DNA of 63,694 nucleotides, counting the filler, from Octopus bimaculoides (lineage: Eukaryota), in assembly GCF_001194135.2 (NCBI RefSeq). It is 5 parts of 4 records of this genome, joined end to end, with 100 filler letters (N's around TTAATTAATTAA, not from the genome) between each part and the next. Parts side by side here need not be neighbours in the genome. Positions count along the whole stretch, not along the records: positions 28,276 to 56,644 come from NC_068981.1; positions 56,745 to 58,436 come from NW_026328815.1; positions 58,537 to 62,156 come from NC_068997.1; positions 62,257 to 63,694 come from NC_069001.1; 1 more part is not named here. The stretch is one strand, 5' to 3'. Below, in pieces: positions 52,257-63,694 of the stretch. A model generated the notes under the pieces. The model did no database searches. It had not been told where the DNA came from and saw nothing but the letters and a program-made list of their open reading frames with translations. A program made the translations under genes and the position numbers. Every line of letters starts with the position of its first letter. Within the stretch, counting starts at the first letter, position 1.

Positions 52257-53280
52257 TATGTGGCAAGAATGATAGCAAATGATCGTAAATGTTCAGATGA
52301 ATATATCAGGCTGACGTAACCAGAATTTTGGAACATCATTGTTAACTATGAGGGAACAATGGGAAGGTCTAAAAGGAAGCTTCCAGACCAAGTGATGAGA
52401 GGCAACTAAAGCTCCCAACCAATCAAATCAGATGTTTATGTGTTTATGCCAGACACAGTCTAAGTGCAAAGACTTTGCTTTGCTGGCGTCTTCCGGAACA
52501 AAAATTGCCTATGAAGAGAGAAGAGTGACATATTGTACTGCTCATGATTCCATGAGAGCAATAGATAGACAAAGGAAATTAAATTATTACAACTGACGGT
52601 TGCAACTGGGCCATGATATGAATTTTCCTGGACTTTATTTCTTGCACTGCAGCGATTGAGAATCGTTCAAAAATGATAGTATGTATACTTTTAAGGATCA
52701 TAAATATATTATATTTTAAAGAATAAGAGAAATTGAATGTTATGGGGCTTATCATTTTTCTATCGTATTTGCGTCATAAGTGAAGTGAATGAAATTGTAT
52801 GAAAATTGAAACCACAATGCTTACTTCCCTGTAACTTGCCAAATATTCTTAAATTTCAGTCGACTGTTAAATCAAATTTGTATTGCTGCTCAATGCAATC
52901 TGAGATAATTTCGGTAATGACTATAAGGTGTTTTCCAATGCAGGGAGTATTTTCAAGCTCTGACATCATAACATCTACGTTGAAGAAAAATAGCCAAATA
53001 AAAACAAGATACTATAAGAGGTATTAGAAGTGGGATGTCAGTTTAAAACATCGGGAAAAAAAATTATTTTTAGAAAATGATAAGCTGTTAGCAAAGGAAA
53101 CACTGTTGACGTAATACAAAGTCCTTGTTATTAGAATATTATGTAACTGAAGATATAGATATAACACAGAAGTTGGATCAGTTGTGATAATATTTCTTAA
53201 CATTTAAACACTATTTATTTCTCCTAGTTAGTCATTTCAGTATTAATTACACAAAATATTTTCTCACAGATTCAGTCTAC

Positions 53281-53340
<60 letters not shown>

Positions 53341-54263
53341 ATATATATATTTCTTACGTTCATATTCCCTCTCCTGCTTATTTTTCGCTCTTCTGATTAA
53401 GGCAACAAAATATCTCCGAGATTAGTTTTAGTTTTAGATGTTCACGACTAAAACCTCCACTTCTGGCTCACACGTCACATCCTCATCACCCCCACACCTT
53501 ATCACTGATGGTGTCTGGCGTGTAACATTACAGTTAAGAATAAATTCAAACAACTGAAATTTTACTCGTCAGCAAAATTAGCAAATCAATTGTACTAATT
53601 ATAAACACGTCTTACCTTCATATCAGTTGATATATGTTAACCCTTTCAAACTATATTTGGTAACTGGAAGACTTAATAAGTCATTTCTAACAGTCTTCTG
53701 ATAAACTAATCATATATAAACCACTCCAATAGCTTCAAGAATTGCAACTTACGTTTTAAGGAGAGGTCTTTTTAATACAATAATCTTTTAAACATTAATA
53801 TGCAAAATAACATAGATAACATTTAATAAAATTAACCTTTGATAGTTTGGGTTTGGAAATGTTATCCTTAACATAACCTATTACTGATTAATAGACGTGT
53901 AAATATCAAATATTTCAATGCAAAAGTTTTGTTTCCGCAAAATGTTCAGAATTATACCGCGTTCTAATTCTGATCTATATGTATGTGCATTTGTGTGTGC
54001 ATATCAGTGTGTGTGTTTGAGAGAGAGAGAGAGAGAGAGAGATTTATACATACATACGTACATACATACATACGTACATACATACATACATACATATAGG
54101 CTATAGTCGAAAACACTTGCCCATGGTGCCACGCAGTGGGACTGAACCTGGAACCATGTGGTTAGTAAGCAAGCTACTTACCACACAGCCACTCCTGCGT
54201 TTAATTATACACACATATAAGTATACATAATATTTACATAATTATGCGTATAAGTGTATCTAT

Positions 54264-54307
<44 letters not shown>

Positions 54308-54691
54308 ATGTCTATGTCTATAAATAACTGATGATTTTCCATTTCCTGTGTTATCTCGATAACAAAAACAATCCCCACTTCATACATATGAAAACAAATA
54401 CTTTACAAAAGTTTCTTACTCTTTTGATTAATCTCGTAAAATATCAAGAATTTTGCTTTGTATGAATTCTTTGCACGTGTAATATTTTTGTGTGCCACAT
54501 TAAGGGCGAATATTTTTATCTGACGATGTGTGGTAGATGACAGTGGTTGATAATTCTTATTCCATTTTCTGATATTGTTCTTGGTTATTTTTGTCACTTT
54601 AAGACTTGAACATGTAGTGATATTCAAACGCAAACACACACATGTATACGTAGGTATACGAATACCACTTTATAGACAAAATACGAAAACA

Positions 54692-54773
<82 letters not shown>

Positions 54774-55125
54774 ACTCACTCCCATTTATAAGACATGAAA
54801 TGTCAATGGAATTGATCATTTCAAATTTTAGCGCAAGGTCAGCAATTTTTAGGAGAAAGGAGAAGTTGATTACATCCATCCCAGTACATAACTAGTACAT
54901 ATTTTATCGACCGTGAAAGGATGAAAGGCAAAGTCGAACTCGGCGAAATTAGAACTCAGGTTGAAATGATAGACGAATAAGATGTGAAATATTGTATTCA
55001 AGCACTATTTTATTTCATGCTCTTTATATTTCGCTTAAACGATCTTAAGGAGAAGGAAACTTTAAACTGCGACGTCACGGAGCAGCAGCAGCATCGAAGT
55101 TTGTAGTTACGCTGTAATATATATA

Positions 55126-55578
55126 TTGAGTACTCTTACATCAAAGGAAGACGAAATAATCTATGTGGTTGCAGAGATAAAAAATACTTGTGAATTCTTG
55201 AATAAATGTAAAACTAAAAATATAATCTGCCAACGTGATGTATTCTCCAAAAATTACAAGAAAACTTATATAGAAGCAACTAAAAATGAAATGAAACTCA
55301 GATATAATTCCTATCGCGCATGTCTCAGAAATAGAAGTAAGGCTAACTCTACTGGATTAAGTAGTTACATCTGGGAACTGAAAGACAATAACATTAATTA
55401 TAGATTAGAATGGCGTATCCTAGCCAAAACATCTTCATATAACCTTAAAAATAATTGCTGTAATTTATGCATAAATGAGAAATTCTTCATTTTAATGACC
55501 AAATCAGAATTACTTAATAAACGAGACGAGAAAAATAGAACATGTTTACATAAATTCTTATTCTCTAAATACCGCTAA
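55126..55578 (+). mobile_element. 5'-truncated Penelope-like retroelement: degenerate GIY-YIG endonuclease domain
   Basis: KNIICQ...KTYIEAT...KLRYNSY...TGLSSYIWELK...LEWRIL...CNLCINEKFFIL...LLNKRDE...CLH fits the PLE GIY-YIG C-terminal pattern. The upstream Cys-rich linker CGCRDK/NTCEFLNKC is broken by a +1 shift in an A6 run near 55179-55184. No RT is seen immediately upstream. Confidence 0.75.
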
Positions 55579-56274
55579 TACCTACTTTATTGGTTATTAC
55601 CTGACCTGCCTAACATCTGATTACCTCTCCTAACCCTCCCCCTTACCACAGAGCATAATTTAACAACGCATCACAATTAAATCAAATTACCCCGATTAAC
55701 TGAATTATCTATCTTATATCTACGACGTACACCAGGACATATAATTCTCTATAATATATTCACTTTAAAGTTAGAACGCTGACTAACATACCAATTGCTA
55801 GAGCGGCCGCTAACGTAAACATGATTAAACGAGCGATTTAGCTTCTCCTAACCGACTGTATTGATTTTTAATTATATCAACGGGTAGATAGCCCGCGAAG
55901 CACATAACAACATGTTATTTTTTTATCTATATACTTATTATTATATCTTTTACGTAACCCACATTTATACATTATATTGCACTAACTTCTTAAAAGCATC
56001 CCTAGTTTTTAACAAGGGTATTATTTGTAATCATAGGGACTTATCTAGCGGTCACAAACTGCGTTATATCTCACAATTAACAATAACGGGTATTACTACC
56101 AGGTATAACTCCTTCGACTAACACCGTCGATCAACTAGTCATTTTCACCACTTATTGCCCCATTCATCTAATTGAAGAAACGTCACAAAAAATTTAAGCC
56201 TAAAGACTTAACAAACTTTTTCCTTTTTTTCATTCCCCTTTTTGTCCTATTTATATTCCTCCGATAAACTCTAA

Positions 56275-56357
56275 ATCATTCAGACGATGTTTGTTAAATG
56301 GAACGAGATAAATGCAAATTTACTTTGAAATAACAAACTGAAACAGCTGTAAACGTT
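56275..56357 (+). ncRNA. Candidate degenerate type I minimal hammerhead ribozyme (probably inactive) in the 3' region of the Penelope-like element
   Basis: CAGACGA (56281-87; consensus CUGANGA with U4->A). 8-bp stem II GTTTGTTA/TAACAAAC. GAAA (56340-43), then C-AGCT-G with a palindromic tetraloop and a GUA site (56349-51). Stem I is weak. Confidence 0.45.
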
Positions 56358-56609
56358 CTTGAACTACAATTAAACTATGACCTTTTAATACCAATGATCA
56401 GCTTCTAATTGTTAATTATTGCTCCATTTCTTTTCTCATCTGAATACATTAAACCGCGGTTTTACCATTTAAATTACCAACTACTGTTAACCTTATAGCA
56501 AGGCCTATACATAGCGAGGTAATACACCAGTAGTGCCTACGGATACATTTATCCCTTAGACGGTTGCATAACCTCTAGCTCTTAATATATCTATCTATCT
56601 ATCTATCTA

Positions 56610-56644
<35 letters not shown>

Positions 56645-56744
56645 NNNNNNNNNNNNNNNNNNNNNNNNNNNNNNNNNNNNNNNNNNNNTTAATTAATTAA
56701 NNNNNNNNNNNNNNNNNNNNNNNNNNNNNNNNNNNNNNNNNNNN

Positions 56745-56780
<36 letters not shown>

Positions 56781-56784
<4 letters not shown>

Positions 56785-58436
56785 CCAGTCGATTTTTGAC
56801 ACTTTTAGGTAGTTTTATTTTTACAAAAATCCTATTCATTTTGTTGTCTAGACGGTTAGTGTAAGCTAGATGGTTGTTGAAAACATTATATTTATCAAAG
56901 AGTTCACAGAAGTCACAACCGTTTTCAGAAATCACACACTCACAAAATTTTGCAAATAATCATGAAACACCAACAAAACTTATAAATGCTTATTTCGTAG
57001 TTTCTAGTCGATTTTAGACAATCTTAGGTAGTTTTCATTATAGAAAAACCACTCTTCATTTTGAAGTCTAGAGGGTTAATATAAGCTAGATGGTTGTTGG
57101 AAACATTATATTTATCAAAGTGTTCTCCGAAGTCACAACGTTTTTCACAAAACCCAAACTCACAAAATTTTGCAAATTAGAGTGGCAAACCAACAATACT
57201 TAAAAATTCGAATTTCATGTTTTCAAGCCGTTTTTTGACACCTTTAGATAATTTTTATTTTTGCAAAAACCACTTTTCAATTTGAAGTCTAGTTGGTTAA
57301 TATACGCTAGCTGGTTGATGAAAATATTATATTTATCAAAGAGTTCACCGTAGTCACAACCTTTTTCGCAAATCTCAGTCACAGAATTATGCAAATACGC
57401 ATAAAAAAACAACAAAATTTGAAAATCCGAATTTCGTGTTTTCCAGTCGTTTTCATTTTTGCAAATGCAATTTTCATTGTAAAGTCTAGTGGGTTAATAT
57501 AGCCTAGATGTTTGATGAAAACATTCTATTTATTAACCTCTTTCACAAATTTCAAAATCACAAAATTGTGCAACTAACCAAGAAAACCAAAGAAAACTTG
57601 AAAATGTGAATTTTGTGTTTTGCACTCGTTATTTCAAACTTTTAGTTAGTTATCCTTTTTGCAAAAACTACTATTCATTTTGAATTCTAGTGGGTTAATA
57701 TAGGCTGGATGTTTCATGAAAGCATTATATTAATCAAAGAGTTCACCGAATTCAAAACATTTCTCACAAAATTCAAAATCACATAAAATCAAAAACCCTC
57801 TGGAAAACACGAAATTAGCATTTTAAAATTTTGTTGGTTTGTCATGCTTATTTGCAAAATTTTGTGAGTTTCACTTTTGTGAATAAGTTTGTGACTCCTG
57901 TGAACTCTTTGCTAAATATAATGTTTTCATCAACCATCTAGCCTATATTAATTAACCCACTAGACTTCAAATTGAAAAGTGCTTTTTGCAAACATGAAAA
58001 CTATCTAAAAGTATCAAAAAAGGACTGGAAATAACGAAATTCGCCTTTTCAAATTTTGTTTTTTCATACTTGTTTTCAAACTTTTGTTATTTTGAGTTTT
58101 GTGAAAACGGTTGTGACTTCAGTGAACTATTTGATAAATATAATGTTTTCATCAACCATCTATCCTATATTAACCCACTAGACTTCAAAATAAAAAGTGA
58201 TTTTTGCAAAAATGAAAACTATCTAAAATATCAAAAAACAACTGGAAAACACGAAATTCGCATTTTCAAGTTTTCTTCTTTATTCATGCTTATTTGCAAA
58301 ATTCTGTGAGTGTGAGTTTTGTGAAAAAGTTTGTGACTTCGGTGAACTCTTTGATAAATATAATGATTTCATCAACCATCTTGCCGATATTAAACCAATA
58401 GACTTCAAAATGTAAAGTGGTTTTTGCAAAAATGAA
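56781..58436. repeat. ~220-bp tandem satellite with an orientation switch near 57790
   Basis: Monomer starts at 56782, 57001, 57221, 57440 and 57619 (one ~40-bp deletion), then reverse-complement monomers start at 57800, 58025 and 58242. Confidence 0.9.
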
Positions 58437-58635
58437 NNNNNNNNNNNNNNNNNNNNNNNNNNNNNNNNNNNNNNNNNNNNTTAATTAATTAANNNNNNNN
58501 NNNNNNNNNNNNNNNNNNNNNNNNNNNNNNNNNNNNAACGGGTCCATGCTCCTACGTATGGAGTTTTGTGTGTATGTGCGTGTATGTGTGTATATGTGTG
58601 TGTGTGTGGACGTGTGTGCTAATACATAGGTAGAA

Positions 58636-58649
58636 AGATAGATAGATAA

Positions 58650-58710
<61 letters not shown>

Positions 58711-58800
58711 TGGATAGACAGATGGATAGACAGATGGATAGACAGATGGATAGACAGACAGATAGACAGACAGAGAGATAGATAAGTAGACAGGCAGATA
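58636..58800 (+). repeat. Compound (GATA)n/(GACA)n/(GATG) microsatellite
   Basis: Direct reading. Many other (TA)n, (TG)n, (AG)n and (TATG)n tracts occur throughout (e.g. 5262-5327, 7415-7487, 42111-42178, 54688-54768, 62008-62106). Confidence 0.9.
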
Positions 58801-59769
58801 CACACATACATATACACACAGAGACAAAGACAAACAGACTGACAGACAGAGATAGAGGCAGAAGCGGAGACAAACAGACTGATTGCCCAAGGAAGATAGT
58901 AAAAGCTACCTTCAATGAAATATTCAGTGTCTTAACACTGAGTGCGAACATGAAACATTGAATCCAAAACAGGCAACTTGTTTTTAATAGCAACATGGTT
59001 TTTGTATGGGTGCGTTGCATCTGTGTATGTTTAAATGCATACATATCTGTGTGTATAAGTGATTGTGTATTTGAATGTTCGAGTAACTTTGTACGAGTGT
59101 GCTTATGTATGTGTATGTGAGTGTGTGTGCGTGTGTGCGCGTGTGCGTGTGTATGAGTGTGAGTATGTATGTCTGTGTGTGTGTGTGTTTGTGTTTGTGT
59201 GTGTATGTGTGCTGTTGACTGTGTTTAGTCGCATATGAATTCGATTTACAAAACAGTTAACAACTAACCCTAGAGAAAGCAAAAATATTTTTCAATGTAT
59301 TACCCAGGAACGATATACTACCAGTCCACGGATTGCAGTGGAAACTTTTATTGCAGTTCTGTGTTATTTAATCCCCCTCTTCATAATCAGAAAGACCAGA
59401 ATTAAGCTATCAATACAAAAATCATGTATAAACCTTTGCACAATTAATTTTTACTCATGCTTTCTGCTAGTCAATCTCACCTTCCTTTGAAGGACTAAAC
59501 CAGGCATGGCCAACCGTTTTCGAGAAGCGGACCGCATGAAATATGGTTCACTATCAAGCAGACGACACTACTAAACAACTTCAAGGCAATTTTTCGTTTG
59601 TCATGCCATTCAGAGAATTGTAACTTGTTTATAAGCATGCTTTCCAACCACATGTTTCCGGGTTGAATCCCACTGCGTAGGAAAGTGTCTTCTGCTATTG
59701 CCTCAGACTGACCAAACGACCAAAGAGTTTTGAGAGGATTTGGTAGACCGAAACTGAAAGAAACCCGTC

Positions 59770-59800
<31 letters not shown>

Positions 59801-61006
59801 NNNNNNNNNNNNNNNNNNNNNNNNNNNNNNNNNNNNNNNNNNNNNNNNNNNNNNNNNNNNNNNNNNNNNNNNNNNNNNNNNNNNNNNNNNNNNNNNNNNN
59901 NNNNNNNNNNNNNNNNNNNNNNNNNNNNNNNNNNNNNNNNNNNNNNNNNNNNNNNNNNNNNNNNNNNNTGTGTGTGTGTGTGTGTGTGTGTGTGTCTTTG
60001 TGTCTATGTTAGTTCCCCCCATTATCGCTCCACAACCGGTGTTGGTGTGTTTACGTTCCCGTAACTTAGCGGTTCGGCAAAGTGATCGATAGAATAATTA
60101 CTAGGCTTAAAAATAAGTCATGGGGTCGAATATCGTTCGGCAAAAACTCTTCAAGGTGGTGCTCCAGCATGGCCGCAGCCAAATGACTGAAACAAGTAAT
60201 AGAATAAAAGAATAAAGGAATAAACCACTAACTGCCTTATGGATTAAGCACACTCCTTCTTCAGCCTAGACTCGCTGACTAAAACACACAGCAGTGTCAA
60301 GTTTCTTGGCTTACAATCTTACAATCTTATCAAATTTTGACAAGGTTGAAACCACTCAGCGCATGTCATAACATAAAAAAGTTTTCAGTCATATTTTGTA
60401 ACCTTAATTCAAACACCATCGTCTGATGTTACTGGACACCAATACGTAGACAGCAATCTGCTGGCAGTTAAGCCATTTATTGTATTCGTACGGTTATCTT
60501 TTACGTGTTTCTCTAGGTAGAAGGCCCGAAATTTTGTGGGGAGAGATCCAGTCGATTAGCTCGACCCCACTACGCAACTGGTACTTAATTTATCGACCCC
60601 GAAAGGATGAAAAGCAAAGTCGACCTAGGCGGAATTTGAACTCAGAACGTAAAAGCAGACGAAACGCCACTAAGCATTTTGCCTGCCGTGGTAACGCTTC
60701 TGCTAGCTCGCCGCCTTGTTGTTCAAAATATATTAAGACAGAAATGTCATTAGCGTCTCACTCCTCCTCTCGCCGACATTTACAAAACATACACCCTGGT
60801 GTCATTGTCACATAAGTCTTCTCTCTATTTTAATGACTACATTGTGCAATATGCCCTTCATTTTCTCTATAGGCGGCACTGTGTGATTTATGGGTGATTT
60901 GACTATTATTTCTGTGAATTTAAGCGTTCACTTCCAGGCTCCCTATCAGTGTAACTAAGGAAACTACTGAGTCCGTCGTGATCATATTTAACCAAATATT
61001 CGAAAG

Positions 61007-61048
<42 letters not shown>

Positions 61049-63694
61049 CTCTCTCCCTCTTTCTCTTTCTCTCTCTTACGTTCTCTCTCACTCTCGCGTT
61101 CTCTCTCTTATGCTCTCTTTCTCTCTCTCTCCCTCCCTCTCTTATCTATATATTTCTCTGGCGAGTTGGCTTTTTGTCCATATATTTGTCAATCTGGATC
61201 TTTGCCGTTTGGTTGCCAGCAGCTGCCAGCGTCAATTTTCTGTTCGAATTGATTTCATATTCATTGTAATGATACACTTTTATAGGTTAGTTAATGACGT
61301 GGGAGTTATTTTCGCTATAAATCAATAAATAAAGAGTTATTAGTAACTAAAGTTTGAAAATGCTGGTAATTTTAGCCAATCGTAAGCCACAGACACATTC
61401 ATGTCTGTTTCGATAGCAACTAGCGGACAAATGAGAAGACTTTTGCCTGTTGCCACAGTAAAAGTCTTTGAAAAGTCTGCGGGGAAGCACGTATTGACAG
61501 CAGCCTTGTTTACTCGTTTCTTTTTGTCATTGAGCATTGAGGTGGCTGTGACGTGTGCTAAAAATAACAGCTAAATAAGATTTTTTCGATAAATCTTTTA
61601 AATTAAAGTTTATTTGCCTACATCTCACTCGGAGATTTAAAACTAACTGTTTTTTCTCTTATAAATTAACATATAACTTTATTTACATGACAGAAAATTA
61701 CCGGAGATACAACGCATGTTGTTTACAAATATTGATAACACGTGCAATTTTCAGGATGTTGACAACAAAATGTGCAGTCACGCACAAAATGACAGCTTCC
61801 AAATCCTGTTTCCTGACTGGGTGAAAATGATCAAACTTTAAACCTCTATAACTCATTAAAACCATTTTTTAAAAAAAATGAAACAACTTCAGCAATTCAG
61901 TTTGAGGAAGTGTATTATTGTGCCAAATTTTAAAATTTTCTGTAAATCTTAATTTTTGGAGTCACTGACAACTAAAGTGAAAAGATCCTCTGTTTTTTCT
62001 ATCTATTTATGTATGTATGTATGTATGTATGTATGTATGTATGTATGTATGTATGTATGTACGTATGTATGTATGTATGTATTTATCTATCTATCTATCT
62101 ATCTATCTGTCTGGCTGTCTCTCTAACTTTCTCTCTTTCTCTCTTTCGCTCTCTCTNNNNNNNNNNNNNNNNNNNNNNNNNNNNNNNNNNNNNNNNNNNN
62201 TTAATTAATTAANNNNNNNNNNNNNNNNNNNNNNNNNNNNNNNNNNNNNNNNNNNNGCAATTTACTCACACGCAGCATCTTTCAGAGCTTGTCGCTAATT
62301 TAGTTCTTAACCAAGTTGAAAACTTAACATTTTTGAAGAGGACTGGTCCCTAGCTACATTTTGGCATAAAAAATTAGATTTGGTCCTGTAGAAAAAAGTT
62401 TACGCCAAAATTTGTAGCAACGTTATAGGAGAGTAAGTAATGCCTCCAATCAAGTTTAGACCTAAATAACTCATGCAATGTAGTTTTAAGTAAAAATTTT
62501 CTTTTTCTGTACTTTACCAGATGTAACAAGTTCTCCTGAACTTTTCCAAGTGTAATAACTTGTCCCGTAATTTTCCAGGTTTATAATCTTAAGAATATTA
62601 TTTCTCTTGCTCGCATTTTTCCAAACTGTCAAAACATTTATAAACAATAAAATCCATGAAGATATATAAAAGGGTATATAAAAGCATAAAATATCAAAAT
62701 ATAAACTATAAAAAATTTTATAAAATATAAGAATTATTTAAAAAATTTTTTTATAGATACGTGTAAAAAGATGATATAAAAAGGTATAAAAAAGATATAA
62801 AGAAGGATATAAGATGAAATAAGATACAATGATTTTTTTAATAATGGTATTGGTAAATATAAAAAAGTTATAGCGAGCATATTATTATTAATACAAGATA
62901 AAATAAAATATAAATATACCAAGTTTTAATAGAGACAAAATTACCTTTGGAAATGGGTTTATAAGATGTATCTAAAGTACATCAAAGAAAATAATTGAGG
63001 TAGAATAGTAACAGATATAATAAAATCATTAGTAACGTATTTTATTCACCTACTCTAAAATCTGCATTTGGGAAATATTATATCAAGTATTTTATGCATT
63101 TTTATATAAAGCACATGTGTGAACAACGAAGAGCGGATCTCTTCACTTAGTTGGGTCGTGTTATCTGCATACACTGCTAGAATATCAAGTGCAAACTCTT
63201 CTGAACAGAGTCTGATATTCACCTGACATTGTTTGGGTGTGCTAATTAGATCGACCTATCGAGGTGCCTCATCTTAAGTACCTAATTCAACTGAATCTTA
63301 ATTACTTACATATATATACATATACACACACACCGAGGCACATAAATACATATATGTACATAAGGTTGTTTTTGATCCCCACTACCAATTGATAACAGGC
63401 TTATTTACGCCCCTAAAACCTAGCGGTTCGGTAAGGGAAACCGATAGAATAAGCATTAGGGTAATCTGTTAAACTAAACCTTACAAGGCGGTGTCCTAGC
63501 ATGGCTGCACTCCGATGACTGCAACAAATAAATTGTGTGTATTAGAGATAGAGAGATAGGTAGACAGATATACATATACATATGTGTGTGTGTGTGTATA
63601 CATATATATATATATATATGTATGTATGTGTGTATATATGTGTGTGTGTGTGTGTGTGTGTTTGCGTGGTTGTGCGTTGCGTGTATATATATAT

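Noticed and set aside
59501-59580. hAT-like terminus CAGGCATGGCCAAC
   Set aside because: No matching inverted terminus or 8-bp TSD was found downstream.

Overview
This is eukaryotic, AT-rich, microsatellite- and SINE-dense genomic DNA with many N gaps. The repeat repertoire suggests an octopod cephalopod (Octopus-like); this is inference, not verified. It is not a prokaryotic window: I see no operons, CRISPR arrays, rRNA or true tRNA genes. The only well-supported host gene feature is the first coding exon of a ZER1 (zyg-11 family, CRL2 substrate receptor) homolog on the minus strand (14216->13453). The remaining ZER1 exons were not found and probably lie left of the window or in gaps. The rest is mostly mobile DNA: RTE-clade LINE fragments and their (GAT)n 3' tails, at least four tRNA-derived SINE families, a decayed mariner, a mariner MITE, two foldback hairpins, a 5'-truncated Penelope-like GIY-YIG element and a ~220-bp satellite that flips orientation. 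Four 100-bp N44-TTAATTAATTAA-N44 linkers are artificial scaffold joins. The most interesting observations are: (1) a degenerate minimal hammerhead ribozyme ~700 nt downstream of the Penelope endonuclease; (2) a ~630-bp foldback hairpin nested inside a SINE on the intronic side of ZER1, a candidate ADAR substrate; (3) an apparent CpG-decay and repeat-content boundary near 28.2 kb that may record gene-body methylation; (4) repeated SINE insertion into the same target sites. I found no convincing novel multi-gene system. All identities, similarity levels and repeat boundaries were judged by eye.
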